From the NCBI GenBank assembly GCA_976226885.1, contig OZ320317.1, forward strand, positions 38,626,001-38,690,000: a stretch of 64,000 bases of DNA, in the 5' to 3' direction. Within the stretch, counting starts at the first letter, position 1, and every line of letters starts with the position of its first letter. This stretch comes from Iphione sp. A-MEVVRFRX5. Lineage: Eukaryota. Shown piece after piece: positions 46,485 to 60,530 of this stretch. A program made the position numbers and the translations under genes. Below the pieces are notes generated by a model. The model was not told where the DNA came from, ran no database searches, and saw only the letters and a list, made by a program, of their open reading frames with translations.

Positions 46485-48845
46485 GCAACGTGTTGCTTTC
46501 CTGACCAGCGTATAGAAATGATGCGCTCATACCACTCCATTAAGTATGGCTTGATGCCGAACGTCTCACATTTAACATGTTGTCGTATTCACATCCTACA
46601 CCCATGCACCGACGCCAAACCCTCAAGTCGTACCTCACGGGCACATCTTCAAGTGGAGGAATTCTGCCATTTCCCACCCTCCCTTCGATCCTCACTTTTC
46701 CACTTCGATGGTATTTCCCTTTCCCTGGGACACCTGATTATCCTCACGCATAATGAACACTTATGGCTGATGCTGCGGATAATGAGAAAATCGCTAAATT
46801 ACAGATGTGCCGTCGACGGTGGATCCGAGGCATTAGCGTAGCGATACCCTTGGTCTTCGCACGTCCGCCTCGTCAATGTACGCTCATATCCACACACAGA
46901 GGAGCCGCCATTTATTAAAGCTGGGGGTTTAAAGCTGACATCCACACGGACTTACACACACCAGTGCATACAGGCGCGCTGAATACATGGATACAACTTT
47001 GTTTCAAGCAATCGTGAGAGGATGTTTATGAGTCTAGAGGAGCGGTCGCTGGTGTAAAAGGAGGGAGCAGATGGATACCCATTGCCTTGTTTCTTCGAGT
47101 AATCAATCTTAATTCGATATAGCAGGACAATCAATCAGAATAGCCAAGCATTCTGATAGAATGGACACCTTTAAGTGGGATTCTACGAGAAGAGACCTCC
47201 TGGGAAATTCCGGCGATTTGTTGGACGAATGATATTTTCAAAATACGTGCCTGCTAGCTCGACTTTAGAATTAATTTCTATGTTAGCCTTCATTTTGGAA
47301 GGCGGGGAAAGTTGTGCGGCGCGCACAATGCAGATTGTCGGCGCGCCTCTGTGCACCTGTCAATGTAAGCCTGCGCCCATGATGGATCGCTCGACTGACG
47401 TGAGGGGAATCAGTGCGCGGCGATGGGCGGGTGAAGACGATACGACTCCATCAGAGGCGATGGAGATAAGCTGTTGCTCTTCCCATCTCGATTGAGATTG
47501 CCTATTTGAGCTGTTGACTGAGCGAGCAAGTCTATCAGATGAAGACCTGGGCGCAGCCACTTACTACTCCTTACCCGCCCACACAGCGAGCACCATCTAG
47601 CGGACATGCTAACCCAGCGAACCACTCACCCATCGACATGCCAGCCATTAACGCACCCACAGACACAGCTACCCTTCCGTCAACTATCGCTCAAAACACA
47701 CAGATACACACACACGCACACGTATGGGTCTTCCCTTCCCCTCAGCCGTTCACTTGCCAAGTCAATGGAGCATTCCCGGGAACCATTGCGAATAGTCCAT
47801 CCATCCGCCTCCATCCCACACGACCGACGAACGGCCCAACAGGGGGCGCCATGTCTGTGAATGGTGACAGTCTGTGAGCGCTGCCATCTTAACGTCAGTT
47901 CTATGACGTCAGCACCATAAGTGATCCCACCTTTTGGTAGCAGAGAGCATCATTTTAGCGGCAGGTATCCTGGATGAATGGAGTCCTTTTGTCGCACTAA
48001 TGCCCTTTTACCATTTAAGCGTCCCCCAAATGACAGTCATAGCCATAAACCTGTTTTTCTTTAGGAGCATTAGCTCAATTTGACGGAAAACGGCTTTATT
48101 AACACGCGATCAGATAGTGTCTGCCAAATTAATGTGGTCTTTTTTCAGTGGGAATCAAGATGTTCATTATGGGTGAATGGGTTAAACTTTTCGACCGAAA
48201 GTTATCCTAACTTTCGACAATGAACTGAGCCTTGATAACAAATTTCTCTGTGCGAGGTCAACAATATTTCAACGTATTATTCTGTTTTCTTTTTAAAGGG
48301 AGAGAATTAGCAAAGTAAACTCACTCTGTTATACGATTGTTACGTCCCTTTGTGGGTGCACTTGATGTGAACAGATTTCATCAGGAAGTATCATTGAAAA
48401 CATTGTGATGATTTGTAACATAAAGAGCTTGTTTACTTACCGGAAGATGTGTCAGTCGTGAATCCAAAGAAAAATGAACTCAAAGTTAAAGAAAATACGT
48501 ACGAAGAAAATAATGTAGTAATGTTTCAATCACACCTGTGTCTTAGCAATACATACTTCATTCATGGTACGGATTTACCTTCGATCTGTGTGAACTTTGC
48601 TGAATCTAATGTAACAACTTCAATAAATATTCATGCAACATGGATGAAAACACATGTTCAATTGACACATCGCTGTGTGACAGGATGTCATATTTTAGTG
48701 TCGTGGTAACAGTTAATCAAAAGCCTTCTGTGGGCAATGACACTAGGCCATTTTCTCATGTGAGTCGTGTAACCAATCTGTTCAGATGACATTCAAGCGA
48801 CACTGTTGCTCACATGTTACCATATTACAGTTATGACTATCATAT

Positions 48846-49140
48846 ATTGATTGACAATTTTTATTGAGAAAACAAAGTCATCCTTCAAAGGATGATTTCG
48901 ATTAGCAACTCAATTTATGGGCTTTATTACAAATCACTTCACTGGCCCCGAGTTAGTATATGTTGTTTAACTAGAATTTTGAAATTCTTCTTTTCAATTC
49001 CAACCCAACACGCATGTAACTGATTCCATTGAGTAATGCCATGGTAAATAAAACTTGTTCTATACAGTGCAATCAGAGGCTTATCCACCATCAGCTGAGG
49101 TCTGTCAGCTCCTCGGGTCCTAGTCAACGGCCTGTATGAA
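48846..49140 (-). mobile_element. 3' fragment of a CR1/L2-group LINE
   Basis: The minus strand reads RTRGADRPQL.V.KP....YRTSFIYHGITQWNQL, followed by AATAAA and a TCAATCAAT tail. Confidence 0.65.
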
Positions 49141-52100
49141 CAGATAGACAAATGGTGTAAATTATTTACTACCAAATATAACATATAGTCGCACCTCACC
49201 CACAAATCCATGATCCTATGCTCGAACAACCAGTCTTTCACTGATCCAGCCGATGTATATCATTACACAGTAATATAAATGTTTGGACATAAATTGATTG
49301 AGAATATATATGGTGCTGCATGTATTTTTATTTGCAAAGTATATAAGAAAATGCAGTTCACTGACATGGCAACTAGAAACCTTTTCTGATTTTGAACATT
49401 ATACATGACTGTAGTAAAAGTATGACTGTCTCATCATGTGATCGGTGGGTGTGGTTACGTGATGGTACAGTGATGAGTCAATTCTCTGTATTCGTAAACC
49501 ACAGCAATGCAGTGAATACCATGAAGATAATTTATAATTAAGCACAGTAATTGTTTATCACTACCTGGCTCTTTGCCATATATAAACCCTTACTCATGGT
49601 ATATCTTATTATATCTAACTGTGTATTAGCAGACTAACTGGAATCTTTATAATATAGTCTGCTCGGTAAAAATTAAAAATGGTCTCGCATTATATAGAGT
49701 GATACAAGGCCTGAACCCGCCTTCAATAGGCATTGAAGATAATCTGACAGAGGGAATCATATCGAACATAAGTACGCGAAATCGGATTAAGAAATGAAAC
49801 GAGTCAGAGGGGTCCAGTAAGAAAAGCCCGAAATGAGGTCTTACGGCAGACATTATCTAAAAGATGAATGCACAAACACTTTAACTTATACTTCCTGTGC
49901 TTCTAGTGGCGATCCACGCTACAGTCATATTTTGATACCAAATACGCAATTTATTGCATTGTGTCTACGACCAAGAATAGAACTTAACTGCAGCCTCTGA
50001 ATGAAATTACGATAGAACCAATCTCAAATCTTCAGCAAACTTCGTTTCGTCATTACAGAGCATTAGAAATGAGCAGATTATAATAGTCATTGATAGAATG
50101 GTTCGATTTAATTAACAGATGAGAAAAATAATGGATTCGATTCATTAACTGAGGAGAAAGGCACTTTCACTTTTATCTAGAAAATGCAACAGGCTCGTTT
50201 AATCGAAATGAGGAGAAATTGAATTGACAGCTAATTTATCTGGTTTGATTCTGTAAAAATAAACGGAAGGTCCATTATAATAGTGCCTTTTTCGCCCCAT
50301 TCAGTTGGCTAAATATTTCGTGTTTTGGACCGATCATTTTTGTTAGAAACAAACGGAGGCCAAAGGTTATAGCAGCTCAGACAGCCTCTTACTGAATTGA
50401 TATGATGGATGTTGGTCTTCCGGAAGGAGTACTGCGGAAGAGGAAGCGGGTGGTCACCATGTTTGCGTAAGGACACTCGTCCACCGGCGACACCTGGTGA
50501 GAGGCATGTGTAGGCCAGGTTCAGGGGGCTGTGTTTGGAAGCCTGTCGCACCTGATTCGATATTCGCCGCGATGTGTTGACAATGCTTTTAGGTGTCTAT
50601 CCTTCCCTTCTTCGGGGACCCGGCCCTCATCACATCCTTCACCTGTTTCTGTCCACAGCTCCCCTAGACGGCCCAGCTAACAAGCATGATGTCATCAATA
50701 CCCCACCGCTGCCAGCCCACCGTGTGGTTGCAGCAGGTTGGCAACAGGCGTCTGGCATTGAGCTCCTCGCACTATCGGTGGAGATGGGGCTGTGAGGGTG
50801 TGGGGGTGTGGGGTGTGCGCAGCTGAACAAAAGCAGAAATCAATAAGTTGTGGCGACTCAAAGAGAACGTCCTGTACGTTATCGGCCGAGTTCTCTTCAC
50901 CAAAATCCGGATCGCTAAATACGTTCGCTGAAGAGTTAGTTGGTTGAGCGAGTTCACTGCAGGTGGATTGCGGTGTGTGCCCAACACGACCTGGCTCTTC
51001 AGCATTGCAGTCAGAACGGAATAAGTATCTGTGCCACACGTAGCAGCTTGTTAATCGACTGAAACGATTAAAGCAGTGACGTAAAGATCAGGCGCCGATG
51101 TCCCCCAAAGTGAACAAACGTGTCCTGCGCTAAGAAATGGAAATCACAAATTGCTGAGGTGTACATTAAAAGAAAGAAGTGTACTACATTTGAGGCCTAC
51201 ATGGGAGACCAATTTTACGACTGTTTGGGCCACTCCCATGCTTTAGTCTCGTTAGACATTCTTTACATAAAGAGAAGTGAATGATTTGGTCTTAGAAATT
51301 TAAGTGTGTGACCCGGTTTGGTCTCCCCTGTCATCTGGTCTTTGACTGGATCCCTCCACTGTAATTATTTATCTAGAACCCTACCACCAAAACCATGTAA
51401 CATGAAAAAGGGCACGTATTTTAGTTCAGTCCGTAGGACCAACATAGAAAGTGAAGCTTACATTATCATCGTTAACGTGATCGTCTATATCAATCCATAA
51501 GCAAACTTAACCGACGGTACGAACATGACTTGTCCCTCTCGAGGGTACTCTGCTCGTGAGCCAATGGTGGAACTCAATCAGCAGGGCTTCACCTGAGGAC
51601 TGTAATAACACCCACCGAGGAATATTTGTTGCGCGATTGGTTCGCAACTGCCATGCGCTGCTGAGGCCCCACCGGTCTTAAGTGGGTAGGTAAGTGGCTA
51701 ATGGAAGCTCATTACAGAATCTCTGCTGACCAACGCCATCTGACTGACGGTAGTGGCTAAATGGAGCCTGCTGGGATGATTATATTCGAGGTGGGTTGGT
51801 TACGTGCAGTAGGATGTTCTCCTAGAGATTGCATTTTTATAGAAAATTGAGACCCCATGTATTGCTTGTTTTTGTAATAATATGCATGTTGATCTCCATC
51901 GATGGTACAACTTTCAAATTTAGTGGAGGATGTAGTGCAGTTCAAACATCCAGAACTGACGCAAACTGGTGACATTAGAGAAAATTGAAATTGAAAATAT
52001 TTTCTTCCGCTTATCAAGTTACATTGGCAACAGGTTTCCATAGAATAGCAAAACGATTATACAATGATCGGAATACAACGCAGACCTGGAAAAAAAATCA

Positions 52101-52568
52101 AATGGCACAAAAATGATAAATACAGGGTAGGAGAAACATACGACAACTTAAGTAATCCTGAATAAACGTCATTGCCACTATTGGTTAGGTAAGCACAGAC
52201 AGAAAACGAATCAACCATGTTTAATTCAAAGGGAGCCTCGTGGGTCTGTGTGTAAGTGTCTGTGACCTACAATTGCCAGTTAAGGAATCTTCTTGAGGTC
52301 AAATGGTGTGGTGATGTTCACAAACGCATAAAATCCCTGTAAGACCTCACTTAAGAGTGTTTGTGGGAAAAAGTGTTACCCTTTTCATTGACTGTGAGAA
52401 TTATATTATGTTTATTACTTTTGTGATTATCAACTAAGTGTCCAACACGTAAGGCACAATGAGCAATACTATGTTTAGGATAATAATCTCAAATATTCTT
52501 TCCTTTGCTTGAGCCTCCTCATTACCAGCGCACAGTCTATTCTCCCACTTTGATATTGTCTTTACTTA

Positions 52569-52765
52569 GGCCTAAACAAAAAATATCGGTGTTTCCGGTA
52601 ACCCAACCAGCCCTAAATTTGGCAGGAATGTAAGTTTTTATTTCTATTGTTTTGTGAATATCTTTGGGATAAATAATGATACAAATATATAATTTAAAAA
52701 AACCCTACCGACCGACCCCCTAATTTTTCAGCATGTTATCAGAAACACAGATATTTTTTTAGGCC
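52569..52765. mobile_element. MITE (197 bp) with ~33-bp TIRs and TA flanks
   Basis: Left end GGCCTAAACAAAAAATATCGGTGTTTCCGGTAAC; right end GTTATCAGAAACACAGATATTTTTTTAGGCC. Confidence 0.85.
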
Positions 52766-55700
52766 TAACATGTACTTTAAGATTTGAAATTCAACAGAGT
52801 AGGTAGATGTCGTCTGTGACCTATAACGTCCATTTCCCATTTGGCGTATTGAAGGTGTCACTGGTATTATCTTTGTGGACTCATGTCATCATATGATTTG
52901 GCGAGGTTGTGTAAATGCACGTACAATGTACACATATACAGGACCCGCACGGAAGACCTAACAAAATCTCCCATGAGATTCATTTACCTGTAATGTGTAG
53001 TATAATAAAGTATACTAGCAAGAATGCTATTTTTGTATTTTATTATCTCGTAGCGGAAACCGGCTATTTAATGGCCGCAAGGTCACCCTGGATAGATCTC
53101 CTATGAATGTCGAAGGCATTCATTTTCAACATGTTTATGTACCTATCTGAAGACCACGGGATGACATGCACGAAACATACGAAGGTAGTAGAATCTCAAA
53201 GAGGAGATTCCGTAAGGCTGATTTGGCTTTGTAGGTATTAGGTAGCCAAGGCGGAGGATGACCCCTTCTGGTCGATTGCCTTATTGGCCGACACAGGTGG
53301 TAGGCGCGCAGAGTCGCCGGGGAGTTGCGGGTCATGTCCGGGACTGCTGCCCGCCCGCGCCCTGATAGGAAGCCGTTTACCGGGAAGAGGTTAGACGGAG
53401 GCGGGCCCCCATCGATACCGACAGCTTCTTATCGGGCCCCACAGTGCATAATGACGTCTTGTCACAGTCGCTTACCCCTGCGGTCACCTCCGACCTGGGT
53501 GCATCCATGTCGCCTGCGGTGGGGGAGGGGGCTCCGTGACAAGATCACGTGACCAAAGACTATGTCCCCCGGAGCGAATGGTCACCTCCGCAAGGGTCAC
53601 AAGTGCTGTAACAGGGACTAATTTCTGGCTTGTTACATGTCCGAGGCATGGTGTCTGAACCTCGCAGTCCTTTCAGCTTGGCGTGAAGGAGAGCGAACTT
53701 CACAGACGTTCATCGCCTTTCGAAGACCACAGAAGGATACCGCTCTACTACAAAAGCTTACGACAGTTCAATGTAAATAACATTCTGAAAATTATTGTCT
53801 CACGAAAATGCTACACCTACGATTCATAGACCCAACTGAATATATGACTCACATTTCGATTAGTTGTACCCAAAGAGTGGGTTAGAACAGAAATGAAGAG
53901 ATGTAGCATGTGCGATGCTCGATGCTGCTACACTGACAACTCATATAAATACGCCGGGGTCCAGAGTCAAGGCCGAACATTATGAAAAGCCGCTAGATGG
54001 CACTGCATAGGGTACCGCCACCAATTGCACCTGAAGCAAAATATGATTTCATAATAGAAATTAAAGCTATCCCCGGACAGCCCACGTAGACATCTGAGGG
54101 AGTCGATGGTCAGGTATATATGGGTGCCGAATCTTGTAGAACAAAGTTCTAGGGAGCACTCTGTTAATCAAGCAAGAAAGAGGTCGTGCAACAATGCTTT
54201 CGATCCTTTCGATTTCCTCGGAAAGGCAGGTGCAGACTTCATCCAAAGTAAGCGTTATTTATCACAGAAAGTCAACACATTGGCCCAAACTACCTTGACA
54301 TATGCAGCAGGTACTGGCCCAAAGAATCTATCACACTATTCCGAAATGTATAGCAAATTACATAGGCTGTCAAGAGCGAATCAATTTACAGTGACCTTGG
54401 CCATTAACTTAAGGGTCTTAAAGAAAGAATATAAGAACGATTGTTTTAGTGACAATGTGCATGCAAAATTACTTCATGCTCTACATATTTATAAATATTA
54501 ATGGTCTCAGGTGAAGTTGACTGAAAAAGTAAGTGTGTTGAGGCATTGTTAGATCCCTTTACACATGTAATGTGTTTAGTTTCCTTTTATACCCAGGATC
54601 ATAGGGTCATCTGACAAACATTAGTCATTCACAGAGAAGCGGTGATATTTTAGGACATGTAAAAATAGATCCGCTTTGTTCAGTTGAACAATGTGCGTTG
54701 AGTCATAGAACCTTCCAGGCCCGGTAGCCAGATGCCCCGATCTGGAAATGTATACTGGAAATTTAGAACGGTTGCAATCCTCATTGAGTACAGCGGACAA
54801 ACACAATATTGATCCGACCTGAGCAGTAAAGGGTTTATAATATTCATCATGTATCAACAAGCATATGGTGTGTGTACATATATGTGCATTAATGGATGTA
54901 GGCCACATGTTTGTATGGATGCTTGCAGAATACAATGAAAACGTTGTTCAAGGGCTAATGGTGAATTTTACTGGCATGTTTCTGACTGGAGGTCGGCAAC
55001 AGTAACAACTATTGTGCCATAAATTAGTACAAGGGATCAAGTCCGGAGTAGGATTGCCAGCAGATCCGTTTAATTATCGTTTATTTTTAAGAATCATGAA
55101 CTCTTATCATTCTCTCCACTGATGGTCACCTCCTGCAAACATTCCAACCCTGCTATTAATACTATTCAGAACACTGACTAAATAGTCATTTTTTTTCATT
55201 TTTTTGTGTAGATCTAAAGAGAATGACATGCAACAGTAAGGGCCAATATAGATTATGACTTAAAACGATTAATCACAATTATTTATCACTAATCTTGTAA
55301 GGAATAACATATACATCCTTACTTTTGTGTTCTGTGGATCACAATCTGTTACTATTTGCCAAACAAATAACATCACATAAGATATCTTCCTATAAATGAC
55401 TGAATATTAAACTCAGCCGAATCATTCAATATCTGGATGGCTTTGCTTGTAACCTAATGTATACACGCAGCTTGCGAAAGGTATCGGTCTTTTCTCTAGT
55501 AACGTACGACACGAAGAGCAGAGGATTCTTTGTCAAGGAATGAACTAGCTCTTTCAGTATGTCTCAACAGGAGAACTAATTAGACTCACTGCGTAGCTTA
55601 GCGGCACGTCACGTCGCTTCATGAGACTCCAACGTGACTCCCCGTGACCACATTAAGTCTGGCATTGTAACCTGCCTTCTCTAACCTCCACGCTCCTAAG

Positions 55701-56915
55701 TTCCTCCTAGCTTTCCCATGCCGCGCATATCATCCCGTATACGAGGTATGATTTCCCGTGAGAGTCTGGCTAATCCTAACAATTAGTGGTGATAATGAGG
55801 GGCGATGTTCCCATGTGTCGAGAGAGGGCGCCACCTCAGTCGGCATCATGGCCGCCGACTAACTTCCGGGTGCCACGTGCTTCTCTTTAGTGCTGTTGAT
55901 CTGTTATCGCCAACTGGCGGTATGTAACAGTTGCACCGGAAATAAGCTAAAATAAATATAGAGGATAGTGCGAACGAAAATGGCGGAGAATCTAGTGGGG
56001 GGGATCCTTCAATAATGCCTATTATTGAATTCATTCTAAGTTAAAGTTTCCCGTTAAATATCTTGCTTGCAAAAGCATGAGTTAATATCTAGTAAAGTCT
56101 TTAACGATCCCAACGTTTTCAGGTAATGATATTTACATACATGCGCGTACGGATGATATAAATCAAATAATCTCAATTAGTTCAAGAACGGCGGAAAGAC
56201 TACCTCTTTAGTGAATAAGGAGTGCACCCAACGGAGTGCATTTTCTATAGCCTTATTCTCGCTCTTAATATTGTCTCCGAAAGATACTGAACTGAGGATA
56301 AAAACGTTTCAATGGATAGGAAATTCAGTTCATCAAGGGCATACAAAGTTCGATAATGACAATCTGGTGTGCTTTTCATTATGCATATCTCATTGGATCT
56401 GATCGAAAGGTTTACGAGTGAACTGTACATAAAAGTTACACTTGCAATTAGAGTGCAGAATATATGTCGTATCATATATTAAAGAGTCTATTTAAATTCT
56501 GTAGGAGATAAATCTTGTAGGCAAGAGGGGAGCTAAATGGACCGCTCTCCTTTGTTCCTCTTGGTTAACACTTCCTAAGCGGAAGCGTGGAAAATTTTGC
56601 TTTCGTAATTTGCCCCATTGGAGTCCTTTTTGCTGCTCCGTTACTGAAAAAAAGACCAAGCAGTGGGTACTGGGTCAATACTTTGCCAAACTCCGCGAAA
56701 GCACCGTACTTTCCGCTCTTGAAGTGATTGTGCCACAGTTGGCATAATGCTGAGGATCTTCTGAAATATTCAGCGGCGGGAGAACGTTGTCGTCCCGGCC
56801 GACCGAGCCTACCGAGCACGTTTCCGGTCGTTTCAATTGATCGGCGGGAGCCGGTATCCATCCGCCCGGGATGCAGTCTCACAGACCTGAAGACCTGCAT
56901 GTACTCACTGAGGCC

Positions 56916-56949
<34 letters not shown>

Positions 56950-56983
56950 ATAAAGGATCCACAGCAACAGAATAAAGGATCCA
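56916..56983. repeat. (CAG)9 followed by a perfect 22-bp tandem duplication
   Basis: CAG x9 at 56916-56942. CAGCAACAGAATAAAGGATCCA at 56940-56961 and 56962-56983. Confidence 0.9.
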
Positions 56984-58887
56984 GAAGAGTGTGGGAGGGC
57001 AGGACAAAGCTCGACTGCGTCTCCTTTTTGTAAGGCCCAACTAAAAGTATCGGAGCTTCACGGTTTACTAGACACTCTTGGGACATCTGGGAATCACTCA
57101 CACGAATCACGCTTAGGAAAAAAAATAACACTGAAAACTTTCAAAGGACAAAACAGTGCTCGTTTGGCAGGCTCAATCCAAAAGAACACTAACCAGTCGT
57201 AAAGCACCCTTGATTATCCAATATGTTGCCTTTATACTTATGAATTGAAATTTTGGGTATATCTTAATACGATGAAGCAAGGGAAACTGCTTAGGTTTCT
57301 TCCATGAACTGAATAGGAACATGTATATTTCCATCCTATCAGAAAGCAGTTATGACACCATAATTATTAGAAAATATCTTGGCCATTGATATTTATATGC
57401 AGTAATATTATCAAATACTGATCACGTTGTTACATTTTATTGGAAGCGCTTCAGTTATATGACTACATTTTTGTCAACCTCAATTGTTTCTATTAAACAC
57501 ATTCATTTATACTGGAAATATACAGAATATTTTCATCCAGTGATGGTCAACTGGATCAACATCAACTGGATCACATCCAGATTAAGAAAATAGTCAAATC
57601 TGTGAATGTCTCTTCATCTATTTGGTGGTCAGGACAAATTATACAAATCTTAGTCTAATAACTACTGGATGACATCCAGGTTAAGTGTGTCACAGCAATC
57701 AAGTTGAATTGGCTTACTTCTCACATTTTAGTAGGACATGGTATAGGTTGGCAAAAATGCCACGTAGTTTTACAGCTGTTAAATTTCAAGACACTAAGAG
57801 AACGTGACAGACTGGCACCCAGCAATATGGTCTTTGTTAATTTATGCATACAGTGATATAGTTAGAGTGAACACAAGCACAGGAAAGCAATCTAATTCTT
57901 TACATCCACAATCTAGGAAATATTCTATTATGCATATGTTATTTCTTTAGATTCACAATCCAAGGGGTTTTGTTTAATGTCCAAGATTAAGTTTGGGTTT
58001 TACCGCAACAGGTCATAAATGAGGGATGTTTACTAAGCTAGAGTAGAAAACTGTTCTTGCCTAGAGTTCACAACTCAGGGGTCTGGTAGCAGCACAGGGG
58101 TAGTATTGGTGTAGCAGCAGGATATATCTATTAGCGTTGTAAGTTCATTCATGTAGTTTTTTGTGCATTGACTTTCATTCTGTTTTCCTTAGATCATTTT
58201 TCAAGATTGCCTATGTTATTTTGTAACTGTTGTTGTGAGAGACTTTGCAGATGATACTAAAACCACACTGTCAGCATATTGTACTTTTGTGGGTGTGCAA
58301 ATAAACAATTTCTACAACCAGTTCCAGTTTCAAGTCTGTTTAATGCTCACATATTGCCTCTATATATAGGGAGTTATCGTCATGTGACCGGTTGCAAGTG
58401 TAACCAATCAGAAACAGGTATAGAATTTTCTACTACAATGTTTCCACTTTAAAGCTAGATAAAATATTATTAGCCAATCAGGATGAGCCATAATGATAAA
58501 AAGTATCTCTTTAACATCAGGTGATTTGTATGGAGCCACTGAGCTCTTAGAAATTTACTAACAAGGTAGTGCACTTCCAAATACGGTAATGTAAGGGACC
58601 ACCAATGATGCCACAGCATTTGCACTCAATGACCACTACTTGGTACATCATTGCCTTATATGGCAATACCACAAAACTGCACCAATAACACCAGGTAGGT
58701 ACACATGTACTGCCGTGGCACTCCCAGCTAGTAAGTGATGCACTCAATGAACCCTGCCTTATTCTGTGGTGCCACACAAGTGTACTCAGTGACCCCTGAT
58801 TCACTCCCTGTCAGTAAGCAGTGCACTCAATGGACTCCCTAACGCTGGTTATAAGAAGAGTGCTTTAAATGAACCATCCTTTACTGT

Positions 58888-60530
58888 ATAATACATTATG
58901 CAATTACAATGTTGAATTACATTTGGAGGCTTTTTGTAAATACTAGAAACAAAGTAGGGCCTAATACAGAACCCTGGGGGGCTCCACATGTAACTCCTCA
59001 TACTCTGAATAAGTCTTATTTACTCTTACTGTCTGTCATCTTCCCTGCGAGTAGTTAGAGAACCAATCAATTAGGGTTTCAAAGCCGATGTACTGCAAGC
59101 TATTTAATGTAATTCTGTGAGATATAAAATTAAATGATTTAGGAAAGTCTATAAATGCAGCTGTTACCTTCTGATTATTGTTTAATTCTAGGTTAATATT
59201 AACCTAACTTATTCCACAACTGCAACATCAGTACTTAAGTTCTTAATCCATATTGGCAGGAGAAAAGCAGCTTTTTATTCTCCAGGTAACAGTAAACCCT
59301 TTCGTTTATGAGGCATTCCCTAACCTTAGCTTCGACCATTAAGGTGCTTTTAGGTCTGTAGTTATAGGGTAGGCTTTGGTCACCACATTATGGCATGTGT
59401 AAAGCATAAATCCCAGATGTGTCTCAACTCAATATATTATCCAAGACGATACTCTTTAAAATCCTACCAGGAATATCCCTTATTTTGGTAATTTTACTGT
59501 CTGAAATTTTCTGTATACATTTTCCTCATTTCTGCAAGTTTAGTAGGGCCATATAATAATGCACACGGCAGTGTTGTAAACTTGTTTCATGGTAGTCCAC
59601 AGACTAACTGCAATTCGCGTGCCAACATTAAGAAATGTGTCATTCATTTGGGATATGCATTGTTTTTATTGCCGATCATTTTAAATCTTAATTCAATTGT
59701 ACCTTCATAAAACTGACTATATTAGGCTACATCATCGATGAAAAGCTATTATGGATCCTTAGCGTTAAGAGAGCAAAACGAAAACTGTCCCACACTACCT
59801 ATAATATCAGTCAATTCCGCATGTATTTACCTTTAGAAACCAAGCAGAAACTGGCAACTTTCCCATCAATCCACACATCACATATATTGCTCCATTCATC
59901 CCGGGAATAAAGACATCTACCATAAAGAGTCTTGCAATGGCTTGCAGTAGGAGTGAGAGGTAGGAATGCCACCCAAGTAAGGCAAATGGTTATATCAGAA
60001 ATGCTGCCCATCATCCATAAATTATATCTAGACAGAAAATTAACTGTCCAGGACAAAACCAGAAAAAGGCTAGGGAGAACCACTAGACTCTGTGTAATGG
60101 TAAAGCCAAACTGTACTAAGAGAAGGTCATTTCTAAATTTTGGTATCGAATGATAGAACGATCTCCAAGAGGCAAACAACACGTTTTGATGTATCAAATT
60201 TTAAGAGACTAATTAGGTGATAATGTCTCATCTATGTCTGCTTAATATGCCTTATGTGTTGGTTGAATCGTTGCATAGCACGATAGCTCTATCAACACTC
60301 GTGTACGCATTAATATTTGCATTGAATACATTAGGTGACCATTAATATTTAATAGTGAGTCAAAATTGTATAAAAATGATTGACACTGTCTAAAACATAA
60401 TATTAACTTGCAGATTTGTCTTAATAATTCTCACATGACTGTATATGTCCTGTCAAAATCTGAAAAACGTTTATTTTGGGAAAGAGGTTGATAATAAACT
60501 TATTATTATTACATTATTAAATCATCATCA
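58888..60530. mobile_element. Decayed CR1/L2-group LINE insertion with an inverted 5' part
   Basis: 58888-~59550 on the minus strand carries RT motifs (DIPGRILK, NYRP, FIDF.K, G.PQGS.LGP.LFL-like). ~59560-60530 on the plus strand carries later motifs (N.KKC..HLG, LGYIIDEKL.W, RSFL.FGI), AATAAA and an (ATT)/(ATC) tail. Candidate TSD TACTGT at 58882-87 and 60531-36. Confidence 0.7.

Noticed and set aside
46340-46540. Poly-alanine ORF
   Set aside because: Translation of the (GCGGCA)6 repeat, with no other coding evidence.
53990-54003. CTCF-like motif CCGCTAGATGGCAC
   Set aside because: A single short match with no supporting context.
56565-57131. 188-aa minus-strand ORF with poly-Leu and a THAP-like HF.SG fragment
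   Set aside because: It starts at a non-ATG codon, the poly-Leu comes from the CAG repeat, and the other THAP motifs are absent.
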